From IMG/VR virus record IMGVR_UViG_3300011336_000179, positions 1 through 28,136 of that record: DNA of 28,136 nt. One strand, given 5' to 3'. The DNA is from a virus (Duplodnaviria > Caudoviricetes). Shown here piece by piece: positions 7,330-13,877 of the stretch; positions within the stretch are counted from its first letter, which is position 1, and each line of letters starts with the position of its first letter. A program made the position numbers and the translations under genes. The notes beneath the pieces are model-generated. The model was not told the origin of the DNA, made no database searches, and saw only the letters and a list, made by a program, of their open reading frames with translations.

Positions 7330-7626
7330 GAAAGTTGCCCGGTGTTACCGCACACCGGAAAGCGTTGTTGCCTTGCCCAGCCGGGCCGGGCCCTACCATG
7401 CCGTGCCGCGCCTAGCCAAGCCCAACCGGGCCTTGAGAAAATTGTCTGGGTTACCGTACCCAGTGACGTATTGCCATGCCTCGCCCCGCCGCGCCAGGCC
7501 GTGCCTCGCCCAGCCCTGCCCTGAGAAATTGTCCCGGATACCGCGCCGGGTCGCGTGTTGCCGTGCCACACCGAGCCCGGCCACGCCGTGCCAGGCCAAG
7601 CCTGGACCAGCGAAGCCGTGAGAAAA
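7330..7626 (-). ncRNA. Array of three putative guide RNAs: (GGY-NN)n tract + RCGGUA-loop hairpin (units 3-5)
   Basis: Tracts 7558-7617 (12 pentamers), 7471-7520 (10), 7368-7432 (13); hairpins 7533-7550, 7446-7463, 7339-7358; each unit begins UUUCUCA. Confidence 0.8.
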
Positions 7627-8202
7627 TCAAACCACCTCGACGGTGAACCGGCCGAACTTCGGTCGCCAGTCGCCAAGGCCGACCAGTCCGCCAGCCTCGC
7701 GTGATGCGTCGATCACCTGTTCCTTCGAGACAACCGATTCATCGAACTCGATGGTGCAGGTCGTCCACCAACCGGAAGGAACCATCGGCCGGACTCGAAT
7801 GATACCGAGGTCGACTCGCTTCCGCAGTGTAAAGGCCGGGTCGGCGTAGATCTGCTCCTTGGTCTGGCCGATTCTCCGGTGATGGATTACAGCTTCGGCC
7901 TCAGACAAAAGGACGGCGGCGTCGAACTTCTTGCCGAGGCGAGCCTTCTTGGCGCCGTCCTTGAGACATTTCTCGATGTTGTCGCACGGCAGCACCAGAC
8001 CGCCTTCAGCCTCGGACCAGTAAAGGCCAGCCTCCCACTCCAGACGGTCGCGCTCGTCGTGGTCGCTTGGCGTCATGTTTTTGCTGCCTTTGGCTGTGAT
8101 GCGTTTGATCGCCATGACGTATGGGTTCTTGTGATCCACCATGTCGCCATTGTGCATGATGAGGGGCCGCAGCCCGGTGAGTTTGACTTTGATTTGCTTC
8201 AT
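7627..8202 (-). CDS. Stand-alone Cas7/RAMP-like protein (Vipr-like)
   Basis: IKVKLTGLRPLIMH (RAMP beta-1), LVLPCDNIEKCLKDGA (equivalent to IPGSSxKGxxR), C-terminal Gly-rich loop AGGLVGLGDWRPKFGRFTV; embedded in the repeat arrays. Confidence 0.75.
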   Translation of the reverse strand: MKQIKVKLTGLRPLIMHNGDMVDHKNPYVMAIKRITAKGSKNMTPSDHDERDRLEWEAGLYWSEAEGGLVLPCDNIEKCLKDGAKKARLGKKFDAAVLLSEAEAVIHHRRIGQTKEQIYADPAFTLRKRVDLGIIRVRPMVPSGWWTTCTIEFDESVVSKEQVIDASREAGGLVGLGDWRPKFGRFTVEVV

Positions 8203-8237
8203 GTTGTTTTGCTTTGGTTGCCTTGTTTTTGTTTACC

Positions 8238-8442
8238 GAAAGTGTCCGGTGATACCGCCCACCGGCAGGCGATTAGCCTCGCCGGGCCCTGCCAGGCCAT
8301 GTCCCGCCCAGCCCGGCCTCGCCTCGCCCCGAAAAATTGTCCCAGTTGCCGTACTGGGTGACGTGTTGCCATGTGTTGCCATGCCTCGCCTTGCCTCGCC
8401 CAGCCTGGCCTCGCCAGTCCTCTGCGCGTCTAGCCTTGAAAA
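8238..8442 (-). ncRNA. Array of two putative guide RNAs: (GGY-NN)n tract + hairpin (units 1-2)
   Basis: Tracts 8366-8435 (14 pentamers, 4 degenerate) and 8274-8328 (11); hairpins 8341-8358 and 8246-8265. Confidence 0.8.
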
Positions 8443-8775
8443 TCATTTGATCGCCTTCTGCACCCGGCGCCAGTAGCCCTCGGTGGCTGTCTTCCGGTCC
8501 CCAGTCGGACCCCCATTCCAGATCCGGGCCTGCTGCTCGGTGCTTTTGCCGCGGCCGTAGTGCCGCAGGTAGGCCTCGCACACCGCACGGGCTGCCGCGC
8601 GGTTGGTCATCTCGGAGTGCCGGTAGTTGCTCCCGGTGATCCGGTTCACATCCAGGACCACACCGCGGTGGATCTGCAGGGGGCCTAGGGCGCGTCCGTT
8701 GTCGCCGATGGCCTGATCGTTCCCGGAGGACTCCACGATGATCAGGGCCGAAATTAGGTTGGAGAGAGTGGTCAT
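8443..8775 (-). CDS. Lysozyme-like muramidase/transglycosylase (i-type/destabilase-like), probable endolysin
   Basis: LISALIIVESSG (catalytic Glu), GPLQI, ARIWNGGP. Confidence 0.75.
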   Translation of the reverse strand: MTTLSNLISALIIVESSGNDQAIGDNGRALGPLQIHRGVVLDVNRITGSNYRHSEMTNRAAARAVCEAYLRHYGRGKSTEQQARIWNGGPTGDRKTATEGYWRRVQKAIK

Positions 8776-8846
8776 GGTTTGGAGAGTTGTGCGCGTTGGC
8801 CAGTCGCGCCCCTGGTTGGGTGGTATTCGCCCCACCCGGGCGTAAA
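8774..8846 (-). promoter_or_regulatory. Conserved leader element copy 1 (hairpin + AACCRGGGGCGCG-N-AACGCGCA)
   Basis: GGGTGG/CCACCC hairpin then AACCAGGGGCGCGACTGGCCAACGCGCA; matches 3241-3285. Confidence 0.5.
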
Positions 8847-9188
8847 TTAGGCAGGTTGAATCACGCTGTAGTTGTAGTCTCCAGAATCGCATGCCGAGAG
8901 CTTGCTGTAGAGCTTCTGGATCTTCTCCTCGGCAGCCTCACGGCTCGGGAATGCGCAAACAAAGGTATTGTAGCAACCGACCAAAGCGTCGGTCGAACGG
9001 CAGAAGTAAGGGATCTCCAGAACCACCACGAACAAGCCCAGAGCCTTGGCCTTGTTGATTGCAACGCTCTCCTTGGCGCCCAGCTCAAAGGCAACCTGCT
9101 GTGCCTCGGTGAAGCAGTTTTGGAACTCGCTGGCAGCGCCAGCCTCGAACTCCCAGTGCTCTTGTTCCTGCAGTGTGGTGGATCTCAT
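8847..9188 (-). CDS. Hypothetical protein, first early gene
   Basis: 113 aa, A/C-rich leader, downstream of the promoter candidate. Confidence 0.65.
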   Translation of the reverse strand: MRSTTLQEQEHWEFEAGAASEFQNCFTEAQQVAFELGAKESVAINKAKALGLFVVVLEIPYFCRSTDALVGCYNTFVCAFPSREAAEEKIQKLYSKLSACDSGDYNYSVIQPA

Positions 9189-9232
9189 GGTATTGCTTTG
9201 TTTTGCTGTGTTTGCTGCGACCGACTGGAGTC

Positions 9233-9285
9233 AAGATGCCTGACACTTTTTCTACCGTCTACAGAGAAAACTGTTTTTCTGTAGA
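9233..9285 (-). promoter_or_regulatory. Sigma70-like early promoter with overlapping palindromic operator candidate
   Basis: -35 TAGACG (9261-9256), 17-bp spacer, -10 CATCTT (9238-9233); near-perfect palindrome 9258-9285 in an AT-rich intergenic gap. Confidence 0.55.
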
Positions 9286-9325
9286 TTTTGAAGAAAACCC
9301 AATGTTTATGCGGGTGAAACAGCGG

Positions 9326-12067
9326 TCAAATTCCTTTGAGATCCACCAGACTCAAGGTCAGGTACTTCTGGTCGTTGGTGGTGGCGTCGAAGTAACTGGC
9401 AATCACCTGGGTCTCTCGTTCCGAGTAGGAACGGTAGGGCTTCACACGCGTGGCTGGGACCACCGGGAACTCGGTGGGCTGGCCGTTCTCGGTCTGCCAG
9501 TTGCCCGAGGTAAACCCAAAGCGCCGGCACCAGGTTTGAAGGTTTTGCGGTGGGACGAACCAGTAGTCGGTGCCGAAACTGTCCTGGCTGGCAAAGCATT
9601 GGACGCCATAGCCGGTCAGGAGATCGTAGCCAGCCTGGTCGAGATACCAGGCGTCCTCGTCGAAGTCGGGCTCGTAGCCGGTGCCAAAGAAGCCGGGCAG
9701 ACCCGGGGCCTTGTCCATGGTGCAGAGGCAGTTGGAACGGGTCCACGAGTCGACGCGCCACTGCATCAGGTTCCAGAGCCAGGCGCTCTTGGGGATCTTG
9801 TGGAAGAATGGGCCGCTGCCGGGGCCTCCGATTAAGACAAGTCTGGGGACGTAAGGTATGGCAAAGGTGTTGTTTATGGCTCCCGTTTGATCGAACTTTA
9901 TTGATGTAAGTGAATCGCCATAGCTAGATGGTGCACCCACTTGTGGCAGCGGAACTGTAGACGCAAACTGAGCGCCTCGTTGATCCTTGAATATGTCATC
10001 CACAGCAACCTGAACTGTAGTGACAAATGACGAGTTTGGGCCTTCAGGTCTGACAGCGTATTTCGGCGTTTTGTTTGGGCTGCCTGGGATCCGCACCGAG
10101 GCATCGACGCCGTTGGGGCCGCCCCATTTGTTGACCCAGAAGTCGGCCTCGAATCCAAAGTTTGATGGATGATCAGGATCACCATGGACGGCTCGCATCA
10201 GCTCATTGTCGTAGTTGCCTGATGAGAATCCCCATGGTCCTCCTGGTGGGATAAAAGCCGTGTTGATGGCTCCTTGATACAGAAGCGACGAGGTTGGCAT
10301 CGTGGCCCCGATTTTGGTCGGAAACAGGTTTTGCCATGGAATACCAGGAGAAGTTCCTCCTGCATTTCTTGAAGGCCCGATCAGAACCGTCTTGTCGCTT
10401 GAGGAAAAGTAGAAGTTCTGCCAGGCGCCCACACCGAAACGAGGCTCATGGTTCTTAATGTAAAGCTCGCCTGAGGTGGCGTAGGCCTCAAAGTCAATCA
10501 GGAGGTTTCCATCAATGCCAATCGGGTTGCCGACGCTGCACGCAAGGCCCTGCGGGGTCAGCCTAAGCAGGCCGATGCGGTCCTCGGTAATGTCGTGGAC
10601 ATCATCGTAATCGTTAAGGAATCCCTCCTCAACAGCCAACCGGCGCCGGACATCAATCACCTTGTCGAAGATGGTTGCCTCGTTGCCGGGAGACCAGAAT
10701 GCATCAAAGCTGCTTGAGTTTGGGTAAACCGTTGAAAACGTCCTTGGAGTGGTGGTTATCTCCCAATGCATATCACCTCCCTGATTGAAGATGTTGCAAT
10801 CAATGGGTGTGATCAGAAAATTTCCACGCCTGCTGGTTAGTGTGATGCTGGTTGGGTTTTGCACCACAGTGATGCCGAGAGCCTCTAGTCTCTGGACCAG
10901 GCTGCCAACACCGGGAAAGTTTACCTCGTAGATTTCAGCGGTCGGATTTAAGACGTTTGGGTTAATGGTGTATCTCACCTGAGCACGTCCCCAGGTGAAC
11001 ACCAGGTCGCCGAGTTGCTGCCTGAAGTCCCCTGGGTCGGCATAGGTGCCGGGATAAACCTGCCGGATGTCGTGATGCACCTCCGGGTCGATCTGGGCAT
11101 CCATGGTGTGCATCCAGTCAAACAGGATGAACGGGTTGGCGACGTTGTTAGCCTGAGCCGACCGTTCCAAGGCCAGGAAGTCCGATGTGTTGGCGCCCTG
11201 CCAGCTCGGTGGTCCCTCGGCAAAGAAGGGCACGTCCCCCGGGAAGTACGGAAAGAAATGGTAGCAGAACCCACCATTAGGCCAGCGCGTGGCCCAGGTG
11301 CCATCCTGGCGGCGTCGGAAGGCTCGGACGGCTCCAGGACCAACGAACTGCCTGTCGGCGCTGCCATCGGGCAATTGCAGCAGAACCTGCACGGTCGTGG
11401 TGCCGCAGTTGTGGACGCGCCAGCAGTCGTACCGCTGGTAGCTGTTCAGGATCCGGAAGACTTCGAGGCCTTCGATAGCGATCTCGGCCACCGCCAGCCT
11501 GTGCTTGTGGATCCGACCAGGAGGCAGGGTGGGGTCGGAAGGCCCGAGGCTGCCGCGGACGTAGGACGTGAGTCCAGATCCGACCTGTGGATCCCAGCCT
11601 AGGTGCACGTCGTATTCGATGCCGGCCACCTCACGGCGCAACAGCTCGAAGCTGTAGTGGATCTTGCCGACGTCGCAGGTAAACGGATCTCCCGTGGTGC
11701 TGTGGTGGTCGACGTAGACCTGGCCGCCGGCCACATCGAGGTGCTTGTTCTCCAGCTTCGACAGCTCGATCCGGGCGGCCACCTGGTTGTGCTCGTCGCG
11801 GTAGTAACCAATGCCTGGAATGCTGGGGCTGGGTACGGCGCCGTCGTCCTTCAGCCTGAGGGCGGTCTCCGGGTCGTTCCGGTAGACATACCAGACGCCA
11901 TACGGGAATGGCGCCGACCATTGGGCAAATGGCGAGAACCGGGAACTCGCCCACAGAGGCCCCATGCCGTTCAGCGCTGCCTGGCACTTCTTATCGAATC
12001 GGCTGTAAAGATTGTTCAGGTTTGCGGCCGTGAACATCTTGTCGAGCCTGCCAAGGGCGTAGGGCAT
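9326..12067 (-). CDS. Large putative tail tip/host-recognition protein
   Basis: 913 aa, last gene of the tail module; no recognisable family motif. Confidence 0.6.
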   Translation of the reverse strand: MPYALGRLDKMFTAANLNNLYSRFDKKCQAALNGMGPLWASSRFSPFAQWSAPFPYGVWYVYRNDPETALRLKDDGAVPSPSIPGIGYYRDEHNQVAARIELSKLENKHLDVAGGQVYVDHHSTTGDPFTCDVGKIHYSFELLRREVAGIEYDVHLGWDPQVGSGLTSYVRGSLGPSDPTLPPGRIHKHRLAVAEIAIEGLEVFRILNSYQRYDCWRVHNCGTTTVQVLLQLPDGSADRQFVGPGAVRAFRRRQDGTWATRWPNGGFCYHFFPYFPGDVPFFAEGPPSWQGANTSDFLALERSAQANNVANPFILFDWMHTMDAQIDPEVHHDIRQVYPGTYADPGDFRQQLGDLVFTWGRAQVRYTINPNVLNPTAEIYEVNFPGVGSLVQRLEALGITVVQNPTSITLTSRRGNFLITPIDCNIFNQGGDMHWEITTTPRTFSTVYPNSSSFDAFWSPGNEATIFDKVIDVRRRLAVEEGFLNDYDDVHDITEDRIGLLRLTPQGLACSVGNPIGIDGNLLIDFEAYATSGELYIKNHEPRFGVGAWQNFYFSSSDKTVLIGPSRNAGGTSPGIPWQNLFPTKIGATMPTSSLLYQGAINTAFIPPGGPWGFSSGNYDNELMRAVHGDPDHPSNFGFEADFWVNKWGGPNGVDASVRIPGSPNKTPKYAVRPEGPNSSFVTTVQVAVDDIFKDQRGAQFASTVPLPQVGAPSSYGDSLTSIKFDQTGAINNTFAIPYVPRLVLIGGPGSGPFFHKIPKSAWLWNLMQWRVDSWTRSNCLCTMDKAPGLPGFFGTGYEPDFDEDAWYLDQAGYDLLTGYGVQCFASQDSFGTDYWFVPPQNLQTWCRRFGFTSGNWQTENGQPTEFPVVPATRVKPYRSYSERETQVIASYFDATTNDQKYLTLSLVDLKGI

Positions 12068-12069
12068 GA

Positions 12070-12279
12070 TCAGTAAAACCAGGACTCTTCAGCCGTCTGC
12101 ACCGTGGTCGAGCCCACCGCGGTCTTTAGCGTCGTGCCGTTGGCATTCTGCTCGACCCGTTGGCCAGGCCCAGCCACAAGCTGGACCCGGCGCACGGCCT
12201 CAATTAGTTGATTGATGGCCCGGGCATGATCTGCCTTCAGGCCGCGCTCCGACAGCTTGGATGGCAGTTGTAAAGGCAT
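12070..12279 (-). CDS. Small putative tail protein
   Basis: 69 aa; ARAINQLIEAVRR..GPGQRVEQNANGTTL; tail-module position. Confidence 0.65.
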   Translation of the reverse strand: MPLQLPSKLSERGLKADHARAINQLIEAVRRVQLVAGPGQRVEQNANGTTLKTAVGSTTVQTAEESWFY

Positions 12280-12282
12280 GGT

Positions 12283-12639
12283 TTACAGCTCGCAGAACTG
12301 GGCGAAGATCTTGACCGGGCTGTTCGAGGCTTTGACGTACATCGTCGCATCGACCCAAGGGATCAGGATGAACTGCCCGGCCGGGATCTGGAATGAGTAG
12401 GGTGAGGAAGGCCCGATGGAGACCGGGTTGACCAGATCCAGGTTGACCACCAGCAGCCGGTAGGGTGTGGCCAGATCGGCGGTCAGATCCAAGGCCTCGT
12501 CGGTCGTGCCGACCACCTGGGTCTGCTGGCCCATGTCGGTGCCGGTCATGTTGGCCACCGTGCTATAGGACTGTGAGTTGATCACGGCGCCGCCCTTGCT
12601 GGCGTACAGCCGGGCCGACATCTCGACTTCGTTTGCCAT
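12283..12639 (-). CDS. Putative virion protein, tandem paralog B
   Basis: 118 aa, collinear with 12652-13011. Confidence 0.8.
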   Translation of the reverse strand: MANEVEMSARLYASKGGAVINSQSYSTVANMTGTDMGQQTQVVGTTDEALDLTADLATPYRLLVVNLDLVNPVSIGPSSPYSFQIPAGQFILIPWVDATMYVKASNSPVKIFAQFCEL

Positions 12640-12651
12640 AGGGTTGGTCGG

Positions 12652-13011
12652 TTAAATCTCGCAGAAGGTGGCCTGAACGGTGACCGCGGAGGTGTTGGCC
12701 AGGAGGTACAGGGTGGCGCTGACGTAGGGAATCAGCAGGGTCTCACCGGCCGGGATCCGCATGGTGTAGGTGCCGGAGACGAATCCGAGTTCGACGTAGT
12801 TGGTGTTGTCCAGGTTGCTGATCAGCAGCTTGTAGGGGCTGGTGACATCGACCGGCACGTCGAGGGACTCGACGGTGAGGCCGATCACCTGGGTCTGAGA
12901 GCCCATGTCGGTTCCGACCATAGTGGCGCTCTTGGTGTAGGTTACTGAGGGCAGGTAGGCTCCATTCTTGCAAGCGTACAGCCGGGCGGTCATTTGAATT
13001 TCGTCTGCCAT
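12652..13011 (-). CDS. Putative virion protein, tandem paralog A
   Basis: 119 aa; shares ARLYA.K.GA, GTDMG.QTQV.G, PY.LL..NLD, IPAG...LIP, FCE. Confidence 0.8.
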   Translation of the reverse strand: MADEIQMTARLYACKNGAYLPSVTYTKSATMVGTDMGSQTQVIGLTVESLDVPVDVTSPYKLLISNLDNTNYVELGFVSGTYTMRIPAGETLLIPYVSATLYLLANTSAVTVQATFCEI

Positions 13012-13029
13012 AGAGGTGTTGGGTATGTG

Positions 13030-13875
13030 TTAAATAAACGGGTAAATGTCAGTGTCGTAGGGTGCAAATGTCCACGAGATGTTTTGCTCCACCATATTGG
13101 TCTTCACGATCAGGCTGGAGGAATAGTTGGTTTGTTTCCATCCCCAGATGGTTCCGGATGGCGCCAAGACCTGGCCGATGTTGTTAGTCGGAACCACCGG
13201 AAGCATTCTGGTCACCGAATTTGGCAAGTTCCAGGAAGTGATGAACGACTGCGGTGTGTAGACCGGCGGAATGCCTTGGGGAACTTGGGGAAGTCCCAAG
13301 CTGCCCGAGAAGGTGGCGATCCGGCTTAAGCTGACCCGGGCAACAGGAAAGGAATCTTCACCTCGGGACAATTTCTGCCAGACCTTAAGAGCTGCCGGCT
13401 TGTCGGCCCAAAAGTTCCCCGCCTCGGTGATTTCGGTCAGCCTTTTACCTTCTCGGATTGCGTCCTCGATAGCCTTTTTGTAGCCGGCCGGATTCCCTAG
13501 CCTTTCAGCCTCGGCAACAACGAAAGGCAGGGCAAATACCGAAACGTCGATATAATCGGTCCTGAACTCGAACCTGATGTCGGGCGCTTCCAGACCAGCC
13601 ACCGGAATGATGGCCTCGTCTATTGGATCACCAGGATCCGCGGTCGGACCTGAGAAGATAACCGTCGCCGAGGCATACGGGCCATCCTCGACCGTAGTGT
13701 ATTTGGCGCCAATGTTTGTCCATCCGAGAGTCGCCAAACGAATGGCGTCTTTAGTGCCTCGGTACTCTATCGTCCAGACCGGGCCGGTGCCGCTCCCGGA
13801 CTGATCGAACCGACGGCTGACCTCAATGTATCCAGGAAAATCAGCGAGCTGTGGGGCTTGTTGGATTGTCGCCAT
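13030..13875 (-). CDS. Putative distal tail/baseplate protein
   Basis: 281 aa directly after the tape measure; assigned by synteny. Confidence 0.55.
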   Translation of the reverse strand: MATIQQAPQLADFPGYIEVSRRFDQSGSGTGPVWTIEYRGTKDAIRLATLGWTNIGAKYTTVEDGPYASATVIFSGPTADPGDPIDEAIIPVAGLEAPDIRFEFRTDYIDVSVFALPFVVAEAERLGNPAGYKKAIEDAIREGKRLTEITEAGNFWADKPAALKVWQKLSRGEDSFPVARVSLSRIATFSGSLGLPQVPQGIPPVYTPQSFITSWNLPNSVTRMLPVVPTNNIGQVLAPSGTIWGWKQTNYSSSLIVKTNMVEQNISWTFAPYDTDIYPFI

Positions 13876-13877
13876 TG

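Noticed and set aside
2514-7624. 11-bp inverted match between 2514-2524 and 7614-7624, suggesting cross-talk between guide unit 3 and the C4-like target
   Set aside because: A single 11-mer can arise by chance in 28 kb, and half of it is the generic unit start
6981-7676. ORFs across the GGYNN arrays (6981-7676, 7393-7599, 7040-7621, 7315-7524, and 8273-8581/8141-8476)
   Set aside because: Low-complexity G/A/R/W/P translations produced by stop-poor pentamer repeats; they overlap better genes
7330-8442. Canonical CRISPR array or simple microsatellite
   Set aside because: No identical 25-45 bp repeats with unique spacers and no cas1/cas2; the NN variability and hairpin punctuation do not fit a simple satellite
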